Position numbers and translations under genes: made by a program
Shown: in pieces, positions 48,860-57,729 of the stretch
How the letters are laid out: every line of letters starts with the position of its first letter
How positions within the stretch are numbered: position 1 is the first letter of the stretch
The notes under the pieces: model-generated
The model's input: the letters and a program-made list of their open reading frames with translations, nothing else
Told to the model about the DNA's origin: nothing
The model's database searches: none
Source of the DNA: a virus
Lineage: Duplodnaviria > Caudoviricetes
Direction: 5' to 3' (one strand)
Virus record (IMG/VR): IMGVR_UViG_3300021255_002539
Location: 256,001-320,000 of that record
Length of the DNA stretch: 64,000 nt

Positions 48860-51199
48860 ATGGTACATAGAGTCGGAACACAGGAAACAGAGGAACAAGA
48901 GGATCCAAAGAAGAAGAAGGGTGGTGGTCCTTGCAGTTCGGCGTCGCAGAATGGGGATGCATCTCAGGATTCGGCGGAGTATCCATCTGGTGGAGACCCC
49001 GAGCAGGACTTGGGCGAGGTCGGGATGGACGATGTTGACGCCTCTGTCAACTCGATGTGCAAGAAAACCTATACAGTCTACCGAGCAATACACAAGGACT
49101 ACAACTGCCCATCAGCCAGAAGGGACAACGTGGCCGACCAGTTCACTCCCCAAGACGACCTGCTCGTAATGGAGAAGACCGTAAGGGACTTCCTGAAGTT
49201 GGAGGGCAAGGTATACGACCCACAGACCACCAACCCCAGGTTCTTCGCCCCAGAGGGATGGGTGCAGAACTACGAGAAGGACAAGAATGTGGTATTGGCA
49301 GCGCTGGACCAGTTCAAGGCCAACATCATCAGAATGGAACACCTCTACACGGTGGCAGACAACAATTCCTACTCGAAACTGCTGTCCATACCCAACCAGG
49401 ACTGCAAGGAGTCCTTTCAGACGAACATCTGGTGGACATCCAGGGCGTTGAAGGATTGGGCGAACAACTGGTTCATCAAGCGCAACGCATACTCCAACAC
49501 GAAACTGTACGACCAGGACTATTGGGTTCCTGGGATGACTGGGCAGATGATTCAGTGGATGAACATTGGATCGTACAACGAGTTCAACATGGACGCAATC
49601 TCGAACGAGACGATGCTCAGAAAGGTCGATCTCCTGGAGGGCGTGATTGACAGGCTCATGAACAAGACGGCTGTGCAGGAGACAATCTCCAACTACGTCA
49701 ACCTCAAGGAGGCGATAGAGTCCACGGCAGATCAGAACAAGGAGAAGATCTTCACGACAAAGGTGATAGACTCCCAAATGGGCAAGAAGTTGGGCGTGAC
49801 TGACACAGGGGTGGAGAACCAGAAGGTTGAGGGCACGACCTACATAGCACCGAAGGAAGATTCAGTGGAGGACTACACCCTGCAGTGCAAATTGAGTTGC
49901 GTCAAGAACTTGTTCAAGGAGTTCAGGGAGAAGTCGACCGAGACTATGGATGCCTGCAGGTGCGTGTCCCCAACTGGACCTGGCCCATATCCACAGATTT
50001 GGACGAACATAGATGTCCTGGCTGCCCCAGTGTACACAGATCTGGACATAATGAACGAACTCGTGATGGATGTCTACAACGACAGCGAGAACCCAGGGAA
50101 GCATTGCTCAGTGACACACCAACCATTGGATTCTCAGGAACTCATGACCAGAATAGCATCCTTCAAGTGCATCATACAGGATGGCGTGATAGACATCATG
50201 ACGAACCAAGCCCTGTTGCCGAAGAAGGGCAAGAACATCCTCGACTCCATGTTCAACCAACTGTGGGAATATGGCGAAAAGGGACCGACAGTCGATTTGC
50301 CAGACTGGTGCAAGCAAGCCATAGAGAGCATCAATGGGTTCGAGAGGACGATGATGGACGCATGGAGCGAAGTGTACGACTGTTGGGAGAGGGAGTTCAT
50401 CACCCGCCTGTGGAGCATAGAGGTCGACCACCACACATCAAATTGGGAGAGGACGCAGACGAGATCGGTGAGAACAATACACAACCACGTGCATCCATAT
50501 GTCCCCTTGACCATGATGACACTGGCCTCGATTGGGGGAGACACCAGAAACCTGGACACGACCCCACTGAAGGGCGTGATGAGCTGCCCTGGGCACTTGG
50601 AGAGGTTGATGAAGCCAGTGTGCATCCAATACAGGGTGTTCAATGTGGCGCATCTGGCCAGGAACTTCAGGACAGACGTCAAGGCACTTTGCCAATGGAT
50701 GGTGTCTGCCATAGAAGCTATTGGCATCAAGCAAGCAGCAATATCGGCAGTGATGTCCGACCCAACCTTGAATGGTGACTGTGGGAACTGTGGCTGCCAT
50801 GGCCCACTCGGCCAGATAAACAAGCTCAGGGAGAAGAACAACAAGCTGCTTGAGAAGGTGGAGAAGGCCTATGGCATCTACTCTGATGTCAACAACATGA
50901 AGAACAAGAAGGAGTACGACGAGGAAATTGCCCTCCACGAACTGCAACCCAACAAGTTCAGCAACGAGGATCAGTTGAACATGTCGTCCAGCGTCCAATC
51001 TGAATCCAACGAGACTGGACTGGACTCAGAATTGTGCCAAGGTGGGATAGACATAGAGCAATTGAGGCCATGGAACCACCTGGAATTGTCAGAGAACAAG
51101 ATCAACCCAGTTCCACTTCCAGTTGAGCCAGCATGCAACAAGTTCGACAAGATAATCCAGACTGTCGCTGGCTTCGAGACCTTCTTCAACAAGGGGTGA
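48860..51199 (+). CDS. Large Cys-rich hypothetical protein
   Basis: 779 aa; GTAAATA at 48831 and AAGGA SD; convergent with 51200. Confidence 0.8.
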   Translation: MVHRVGTQETEEQEDPKKKKGGGPCSSASQNGDASQDSAEYPSGGDPEQDLGEVGMDDVDASVNSMCKKTYTVYRAIHKDYNCPSARRDNVADQFTPQDDLLVMEKTVRDFLKLEGKVYDPQTTNPRFFAPEGWVQNYEKDKNVVLAALDQFKANIIRMEHLYTVADNNSYSKLLSIPNQDCKESFQTNIWWTSRALKDWANNWFIKRNAYSNTKLYDQDYWVPGMTGQMIQWMNIGSYNEFNMDAISNETMLRKVDLLEGVIDRLMNKTAVQETISNYVNLKEAIESTADQNKEKIFTTKVIDSQMGKKLGVTDTGVENQKVEGTTYIAPKEDSVEDYTLQCKLSCVKNLFKEFREKSTETMDACRCVSPTGPGPYPQIWTNIDVLAAPVYTDLDIMNELVMDVYNDSENPGKHCSVTHQPLDSQELMTRIASFKCIIQDGVIDIMTNQALLPKKGKNILDSMFNQLWEYGEKGPTVDLPDWCKQAIESINGFERTMMDAWSEVYDCWEREFITRLWSIEVDHHTSNWERTQTRSVRTIHNHVHPYVPLTMMTLASIGGDTRNLDTTPLKGVMSCPGHLERLMKPVCIQYRVFNVAHLARNFRTDVKALCQWMVSAIEAIGIKQAAISAVMSDPTLNGDCGNCGCHGPLGQINKLREKNNKLLEKVEKAYGIYSDVNNMKNKKEYDEEIALHELQPNKFSNEDQLNMSSSVQSESNETGLDSELCQGGIDIEQLRPWNHLELSENKINPVPLPVEPACNKFDKIIQTVAGFETFFNKG

Positions 51200-51583
51200 T
51201 CAATCAGACGATTCGCCGTCCATTATCTCCAATCCACATTTCTTGGCAATCCCCAGTTCCTGCAATGTGCCCTTTGACCGCCTCCACCCAGGGAGCAGAT
51301 ATATCGCATCACAGTTTTGAAGTTGCTCCAAGTCGGTTTCGATCATTTCCCTGGCCAGTTCAGACCGTTTGCCCTTGTCTCCAGAATACAGAGCCTCAAA
51401 CGACTTCTGTATCTCGTCCCATGTTCCCAGTCTCTTTGCGATTTCAAATGGATTTACGGTTTCGTATCCATAGTCCTTCAAGACACGTTCGGTGTCATAG
51501 AACGCATCTTGGTTGAATCTTGGCATTCCTGTTATTGGTCCGGCTATGTACACCCTCATGTTCAATTTCCTCAGTGTTATCAT
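51200..51583 (-). CDS. DUF4406/nucleoside deoxyribosyltransferase-like protein
   Basis: VYIAGPITG, VNPF, DL..L..CDAIYLLPGW..S.G...E. Confidence 0.8.
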   Translation of the reverse strand: MITLRKLNMRVYIAGPITGMPRFNQDAFYDTERVLKDYGYETVNPFEIAKRLGTWDEIQKSFEALYSGDKGKRSELAREMIETDLEQLQNCDAIYLLPGWRRSKGTLQELGIAKKCGLEIMDGESSD

Positions 51584-52101
51584 CCAAATGTGGTGGACAG
51601 CACCCTCAATACCTCGCAGTTGAAGTGTACCTTCTCGTGGATGTTGATTGCGTTGTTCGCAACATAGTCCTCCAGGTTGCGCTCAAGCATCAGGTTGAAG
51701 TACATGTTGAACCAATACGCGATTGCCTGGGAACGGGAACGACCAGCCCAACAATGCACAACCACAGTGGCGTTGTGGTCCACCTTCCAGATGCCCATCA
51801 ACCAGTTCATGATGTCAGACGCCAGTTCCTGGTTGAAGAACACCGGCTGTCTAGTACCATCCTCGAACTTCGCCTTTACCCATGGATGTTCCATGTCGTG
51901 GTAGAAGCGATAAGGATCTATGTCGTCGAAATGGACGACCTTCGCGTTGATGTTGTTCCTCGCAATCCTTCTGTCCAGACAGGCATGCTTCTCGTCGGTC
52001 TCGGTGTCGGTGTAGGGATCGCGTATTGACAACAAGTTGCATCCAGGCCGCCTCTCGACGACCCTCAACACCTTGTTCAGACTGTATACTTCAAACTTCA
52101 A
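51580..52101 (-). CDS. Protein-tyrosine/dual-specificity phosphatase-like protein
   Basis: HFDDI, VVHCWAGRSRS (CX5R). Confidence 0.8.
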   Translation of the reverse strand: MKFEVYSLNKVLRVVERRPGCNLLSIRDPYTDTETDEKHACLDRRIARNNINAKVVHFDDIDPYRFYHDMEHPWVKAKFEDGTRQPVFFNQELASDIMNWLMGIWKVDHNATVVVHCWAGRSRSQAIAYWFNMYFNLMLERNLEDYVANNAINIHEKVHFNCEVLRVLSTTFG

Positions 52102-52559
52102 GGCGTCTGCTTCTTTCCATATTCAAGCTTGTAGGCACCCATGTCGTCGAAACTGAGAACCTTCACTTTCCCTGGCACATTCTTCAACACAGTCGCTGGT
52201 CTGTCAGAATACCAATAGAGGGGTTTTTCCTCTGCGGTGACAAGGTTCATGAGTTTCTTCTGAAGCTCCAACTGACGGTCGTTGTACCCAGTCAAATCCC
52301 TGTTTGGATCCCACCACTGCTCCAATGGAACTATGGTTTTCACCAAAGTGACCTCCAGGTTTTTTGGCTCGAAGTTCTCTATGTTCGAGTAGTCGTATTC
52401 TATGGTTGCGACAAACGAGTTGTCAGTGAACTTGGTCACCTGTATCCCATTTGCCTCAGCAGTATCGTAGTCCACGAATGTGAAGCCTGTCCTATGTGCG
52501 CATCCAGTGGCAAATGCGCAAAACAGACCAATAATTGCAGTTTTAATAATCGTTTTCAT
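52098..52559 (-). CDS. Putative lipoprotein
   Basis: MKTIIKTAIIGLFCAFATG-C lipobox; GTAAATA upstream. Confidence 0.6.
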   Translation of the reverse strand: MKTIIKTAIIGLFCAFATGCAHRTGFTFVDYDTAEANGIQVTKFTDNSFVATIEYDYSNIENFEPKNLEVTLVKTIVPLEQWWDPNRDLTGYNDRQLELQKKLMNLVTAEEKPLYWYSDRPATVLKNVPGKVKVLSFDDMGAYKLEYGKKQTP

Positions 52560-52594
52560 TGTTGTTTGTGCTTGTGTTGTTTTGTTATATGTAT

Positions 52595-53488
52595 TTACAC
52601 GCAAAAGTCGCATAATTCGTTCTTTGTGATGTACTTCCCAACGAAATCTGGGAGTACCTTTGCGAACTGCCGGAAGTCGCATAGGTAGTTTGTGGCAGCA
52701 TAGAGCAGAACCTTCCGCTTGTCCAGGCTTCCATCCATCAACTGAATGTCGAACTCAGGATCAACCATGGTTTCGTTGCTTTCATACCACTTGTCCACCA
52801 TTCGCTTTTCCTTGGAGTAGCCCACGACCAAAAACTTGTCTGGGTGCTTCTCCATAACCTGGGTCAGGGCGTTCCTGCCAGCTTCACTGTCCTCCCACGC
52901 AATCACGAACTTGCGTCTCGGTGGCTTCTTCAGCCCATCCAATCCAACCAAGATTCTATTGTTGTTGTACAAATCCATGTTGACATCGAATTCAGTGAGT
53001 CCATTTGTGGAGTCAATCCATTCCATTATGGTTTCCCCAGAGCAACTGTCGTGTTCCTTCACGAGTCCCCATTCGGCGTTCATAATCCACTCGCCGCTCC
53101 CCAGTACCCTGTTCTTGTACGACTGAAATGGCGTGGATTCGTAGGTGTACCAGACAAGTTCATCCATATTTGGTTTGTTGACGAGATTCCTGGCGAACTT
53201 GGTCACATAGGGAAATCCACTTCTGCTGCTTCCAACACCGCACAATCCAATGGGGGTTCCGAACTTCGCCATCTTCAGGGAGGAGTAGAAGCCAACAAGC
53301 ATGATTGTGTTCGTGTACATCCAAGTAGGATACAGAACTATGATATTCCTCCTGGACGAAAACATCTGGTTGAACTCGCACCAGTCCACAGGGAACGACA
53401 TGTTCTTGTCCAATGGCTGGTAGATGCAATCCAACTGCATCTGACGCCACTTCGCCAAGTCCTTGAAGCTGAACTTCTTGCCACCCAT
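52595..53488 (-). CDS. Hypothetical protein
   Basis: About 297 aa ORF directly after the sigma gene. Confidence 0.65.
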   Translation of the reverse strand: MGGKKFSFKDLAKWRQMQLDCIYQPLDKNMSFPVDWCEFNQMFSSRRNIIVLYPTWMYTNTIMLVGFYSSLKMAKFGTPIGLCGVGSSRSGFPYVTKFARNLVNKPNMDELVWYTYESTPFQSYKNRVLGSGEWIMNAEWGLVKEHDSCSGETIMEWIDSTNGLTEFDVNMDLYNNNRILVGLDGLKKPPRRKFVIAWEDSEAGRNALTQVMEKHPDKFLVVGYSKEKRMVDKWYESNETMVDPEFDIQLMDGSLDKRKVLLYAATNYLCDFRQFAKVLPDFVGKYITKNELCDFCV

Positions 53489-53489
53489 G

Positions 53490-54278
53490 TCACTTGATGT
53501 ACTCTCGTAGGCGACTGCCAATGGGTGATTTCCTGATCTTCTTGAATGCACTGGACATCAACTGGGATATGCGCATCCTGCTCAACTTCATCTCAATGGA
53601 AATCTCTGTCTGTGTCTTTCCATCCATTGTCCGTCCAATTACATACCTCTCCTTCTCGTTCAGGAACTGATTCATGGTTTTGCGCAGTTCGAGCACCCCA
53701 CCCCGAATGTCGTTTTCGTGGTTGATTTCCCTCTGGGTCTTCAAGTTCTTCGACAACACGAAGTTCGGAGACACATTTTCGATGGAGATTATGTTGGACA
53801 ATGTATCACCATCGTCGTTGGATGAGGATGACTTTCCATTTGGAATGGCATTGTCAAGCGAAACCACACTGAGATGGGTGTTGTATCTGTGGTTGAGGGC
53901 AGACATCTCCTCTGAAATCAGTCCTGATCTTGAATAGGTGCTCTGATGCTGCATGATTGCCCACCTGATTGGATTGGTTATCCAGGTTGAAATCTTGCCC
54001 TTCCTCTTTGGGTCGAACTTCTTCAGAGCATCCACCATGCCTATAACGGCCTTCTGCATCACATCCTCGTTCTTGTTGAACGCCAGTTTGTTCACAATCT
54101 TGAACACCAACCCCAGGTTGTGCTTCATAGCCTCGTTCACGAACCTGTCCTTCATTGCCCTGCTTTTCCACTTCCCAGTCTTGGTGGTGCAGGTTCGGAT
54201 GAATTCGGCCTCCTCTTCACTCGTCCAGCCTGGGTTTTCTTCGGCCAGCGAGGAATACACTTCCATTACGCTTTTCAT
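53490..54278 (-). CDS. Sigma70-family RNA polymerase sigma factor
   Basis: HNLGLVFKIV, IG..DA.KKFDP.R..KISTW...IR (region 2), VSLDN, LNEKE..T..EI...LSRMRISQL (region 4). Confidence 0.88.
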   Translation of the reverse strand: MKSVMEVYSSLAEENPGWTSEEEAEFIRTCTTKTGKWKSRAMKDRFVNEAMKHNLGLVFKIVNKLAFNKNEDVMQKAVIGMVDALKKFDPKRKGKISTWITNPIRWAIMQHQSTYSRSGLISEEMSALNHRYNTHLSVVSLDNAIPNGKSSSSNDDGDTLSNIISIENVSPNFVLSKNLKTQREINHENDIRGGVLELRKTMNQFLNEKERYVIGRTMDGKTQTEISIEMKLSRMRISQLMSSAFKKIRKSPIGSRLREYIK

Positions 54279-54477
54279 TGGTCTCTATTACCTCCTTGCA
54301 CCAATAGTATAGCAAATCTTTGGGTAAATGTCAATGGGGTTGGCAAAGCCAAAACCATTGTTTTCTGTCAATTGGGTTGCGAAGCAAGCCAATTGTTCAT
54401 CTAAAAGCGAAACGCCACATATTATGGATGTGGCGTCTGTTTCTTGTTCTACTTGACAATTTGTCGGAATTCAGAAA

Positions 54478-54702
54478 TCAATCCCAATCGTCTGCCACAT
54501 TTCCGTAGTCGTACAACCCATAATGCTCAGACTTGCAGGGGAGTCTGATCTCGACGCACTTTACGGAATTCTTCACATCGAACACATCCAAGTTGTTCTC
54601 AATCACACCGCCACCAATATCTGCTATGCTAATTGTCGCCGTTTTTCTGAACTTCTCGTCCCCAGATTCCATTAGCCTGTCAATTAGTTCCTGGATTGTC
54701 AT
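54478..54702 (-). CDS. Small hypothetical protein
   Basis: MTIQELIDRL start, AAGGAG SD. Confidence 0.6.
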   Translation of the reverse strand: MTIQELIDRLMESGDEKFRKTATISIADIGGGVIENNLDVFDVKNSVKCVEIRLPCKSEHYGLYDYGNVADDWD

Positions 54703-55534
54703 TGTGGTTCTCCTTTGATGAAATTGTTGTTGTCGTCGTCTTTTCAATTATACCACCTGTGGAATTTGGCGTAAAGTCCTTCTGCGCATCATCCACCCTT
54801 TTTTTGGCGACATCGAAGTACTTCTGCTCCAGCTCAATGCCAATGCCCCTTCTTCCCTCCAATGCCGCTGCCACCATCGTAGTCCCCGAACCCATCGTTG
54901 CGTCAAGCACAGTCTCCCCTGGGTTGGTGTATGTGCGCACGAGCCAGCGGCAGAGATCAACGCTCTTCTCGGTTGGGTGGTTTCCAGTGCAGTGGGGTCT
55001 TGGGAAGCTCAATATGGAGCCGGGGAACTTCTTTCCCTCCACTCCACAACTCTGAAGCCGCTTCACCTCCCCATAGCACCTGTTGGTCTCCTTGTGCTTT
55101 CCCCTGCCCTGGACATGACTTGGTTCCCGACCATTGAGGTCTTCAAGTTGGACATTGTAGGTGGGCAACGAACGGTAGAACACGCAAATGTCCTCGTGCC
55201 TCCTCAATGGCATCCTCTTGGAGTTGAGGAAACCTGAAGCCCGACACTTGTCCCATATCAAGTTGTATCTCCAGTACTTTGGCTGGGACATCATCAACTG
55301 GGCAGTGAACATCCCCTGGGCGAACAACACAATTGCACCATTGGGCTTCAACACGCGCCAGAACTGCTCCCACAACGGCTCCATCGCTATTGGGGAGTCC
55401 CACTTCCCAGCTTCGCTTGCCTTGTTCGTCACGCCATATGGAAGGTCAGTTATGATGCAATCGACATGTCCATCAGGTATCGTTGGCAGAACCTTCAGGC
55501 AATCGTCATTGTACAGATAGAATCCCATGGTCAA
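54680..55534 (-). CDS. Beta-class N4-C/N6-A DNA methyltransferase
   Basis: DLPY, HPTEKS, VLD.TMGSGTT, GIE. Confidence 0.92.
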   Translation of the reverse strand: MTMGFYLYNDDCLKVLPTIPDGHVDCIITDLPYGVTNKASEAGKWDSPIAMEPLWEQFWRVLKPNGAIVLFAQGMFTAQLMMSQPKYWRYNLIWDKCRASGFLNSKRMPLRRHEDICVFYRSLPTYNVQLEDLNGREPSHVQGRGKHKETNRCYGEVKRLQSCGVEGKKFPGSILSFPRPHCTGNHPTEKSVDLCRWLVRTYTNPGETVLDATMGSGTTMVAAALEGRRGIGIELEQKYFDVAKKRVDDAQKDFTPNSTGGIIEKTTTTTISSKENHNDNPGTN

Positions 55535-55731
55535 ATGAATTCTATCGCATCTTCTTTGTACATAACCAAGTTTAGCGTTCCACCATTTTCAATATTTTTG
55601 TTGCTTTCATCAAAGCACACAAGGTAAAGTGTCTTTCCATTTATTGTCTGTGTGTGGTCAAGCGCACCGACTTTACCTGTATTCTTCACTCTAATCTTTC
55701 TTCCGTCAATATTTATCACTTTTTTGTCCAT
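55531..55731 (-). CDS. Small AT-rich hypothetical protein
   Basis: Own TATAAT and AAGGA SD. Confidence 0.55.
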   Translation of the reverse strand: MDKKVINIDGRKIRVKNTGKVGALDHTQTINGKTLYLVCFDESNKNIENGGTLNLVMYKEDAIEFI

Positions 55732-55754
55732 GGTATATGTCCTTTCTATATGAA

Positions 55755-56429
55755 TTATACAAATAGTCGCTCCTTTGCTATGTCGTAGTACTTCTGGTCC
55801 CGTTCAATGCCAATGAAGTTTCTGTTGGTTTCCTTGCAGGCGACTCCACACGAACCAGTCCCCATGAACGGATCCATAACCAAGTCCCCTTCCTTGCTTG
55901 AATTTCGGATGTAGAACTTCAGCAAGTCAACTGGCTTTTCGCAGGGATGCGTTTTGTTGCCAATAATGTTGTTGAACTGATGCACAGTCTTGCTTCCACC
56001 AATGTCGTTGATCCACTTTGCGCGGCCCTTTCTCAGGAACAGGACATATTCGCAATTTTTCATGTAGAACTGGGATGGGGTGCAGTTGTTCTTCTCCCAT
56101 ACCAGGAGGTTGTGGAGCTTGAACCCAGCATTCTCGGCTTCTACCATCATCTCCTTCAGGTTCAGGGCGTTGGTGAAGATGTAGGCATGTGATTCTGGCT
56201 TTAGAACTTCGTACACCAATGGCATCCAGTCGCGTATCTCTATGTCGTTCTGGTGCTTGAACAGCTTTTTGTTCCCAGAGAGCATTCCCTTTGGTCTGTT
56301 GCCAGAATCCCCACCAGATATTGTTCTGTATGGAGGGTCAGTAACGAGAAGGTCTATGCACTCAGGCTCCATTCTGGCCAGCAGTTCAAGACAATCTCCA
56401 TTGAACAGTTCAATCCTCGGCATTTCCAA
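55755..56429 (-). CDS. Beta-class DNA methyltransferase
   Basis: DPPY, HPCEKP, DPFMGTGS. Confidence 0.92.
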   Translation of the reverse strand: MEMPRIELFNGDCLELLARMEPECIDLLVTDPPYRTISGGDSGNRPKGMLSGNKKLFKHQNDIEIRDWMPLVYEVLKPESHAYIFTNALNLKEMMVEAENAGFKLHNLLVWEKNNCTPSQFYMKNCEYVLFLRKGRAKWINDIGGSKTVHQFNNIIGNKTHPCEKPVDLLKFYIRNSSKEGDLVMDPFMGTGSCGVACKETNRNFIGIERDQKYYDIAKERLFV

Positions 56430-57288
56430 TCTCCTTCTTCAATTCAATGTTCGCTTGAGCCATCTTGACATACCGTTCGTTCAAGTCAAAGCTCAGGAAC
56501 CTGCCACCCATTTCCTTTACGACAAGACATTCAGATCCACTGCCACAGAATGGAATCAGCACATTGAACTCGCCATCTGGCCTACATGACTTGATGAGCC
56601 TGGTCGTCAATTCCATGGGCTTTTGTGTTGGATGTACAACCAGGTCGTGTTGCAGATGTTCGCCCCTGCTTCTTGGGTCGATTATCCTCCCACATGTCTC
56701 GCACCACATTATGCGCTCCTTCAAGGATGCCCCACCAGCCAGACTGGGAACATCAATCACATCCCTGGGCAACGCACCCAATGGATTTGCGTTGTAGACT
56801 GACTCCTTTTGCCCTCCACGACCAGTTCCTGATATTGGTCTTTTCTTCCCAGCGCTCCCCTTCACAAAACCCTCAGTATATGGCTCGCGGATGGCATCTC
56901 GGTTGAACATTGGATTCCCCTTCCAGGCGCAGATTATGGACTCGTGGCTCCGCTGCCAGAAGTTCAAGCTGGCGACATTCTTGTTCGTGTAGTGCCATAT
57001 CAACCAATGCTGCTTGTCAATGGGGATCATGGTGGAGATTCTGGCGAGGATTTCATCGAAACCATAGATGAACATCGTGCCAGTTGGTTTCAACAATCTT
57101 GTCCACTCCCCAACCCATGTTCTGCACAAATCAAGGTAGTCCCCCAAATCCATCTTGTCAGAATCGTTCCCAAAGTCCTTGCCAATGTTGTAGGGTGGGT
57201 AGGAGATTATGATGTCAAAGGTGTTGTCTGGGATGTCCTTCACCCCAACCATGAAGTCTCCGACCCGAATTGTGTCGTAGTTTATCAA
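56410..57288 (-). CDS. Beta-class DNA methyltransferase (catalytic motif reads YPPY)
   Basis: SYPPYNIG, HPTQKP, PFCGSGS. Confidence 0.85.
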   Translation of the reverse strand: MINYDTIRVGDFMVGVKDIPDNTFDIIISYPPYNIGKDFGNDSDKMDLGDYLDLCRTWVGEWTRLLKPTGTMFIYGFDEILARISTMIPIDKQHWLIWHYTNKNVASLNFWQRSHESIICAWKGNPMFNRDAIREPYTEGFVKGSAGKKRPISGTGRGGQKESVYNANPLGALPRDVIDVPSLAGGASLKERIMWCETCGRIIDPRSRGEHLQHDLVVHPTQKPMELTTRLIKSCRPDGEFNVLIPFCGSGSECLVVKEMGGRFLSFDLNERYVKMAQANIELKKEIGNAED

Positions 57289-57300
57289 TCAGAACTCCTT

Positions 57301-57729
57301 TCATTTACAAGTCAAAAGCAATTTCTTGACTTTTACAACATCTTTTTCCTTACACACTACATTGCAAACCCATTGATTCTGACTCTCCTTGTTGTCCATC
57401 ACATATCCACGGTGGACAGGACATACATGACCGTTCGACAAAGTGGCTATTGGATATTCAATTTTTGACAGCCTTTTTGCCACCATGTATCTCATCTGTT
57501 TTTTGTCAAGTCGGATATTAAACCACCCTTTTCGTATCAAAGGCAAATCCCATATTGAGGACAATCTATAGTCGTCTCCAATATGCCTTGCTATTGTCTT
57601 TTGCTCAGTAAGAACCTTTTCATAGGGAATGCCAAGGCAATATGCAATGCACCTTGATGTGCAGTTTGTTCTGGCATCTTGACTATTCGGCGTCAGTTCA
57701 ATGTATTTGAAATATTGCTTGTTTCGCAT
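57301..57729 (-). CDS. Hypothetical protein, possibly papain-like Cys/His fold
   Basis: NCTSRCIAY..GIPY..V, GHVCPV..G...D. Confidence 0.55.
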   Translation of the reverse strand: MRNKQYFKYIELTPNSQDARTNCTSRCIAYCLGIPYEKVLTEQKTIARHIGDDYRLSSIWDLPLIRKGWFNIRLDKKQMRYMVAKRLSKIEYPIATLSNGHVCPVHRGYVMDNKESQNQWVCNVVCKEKDVVKVKKLLLTCK

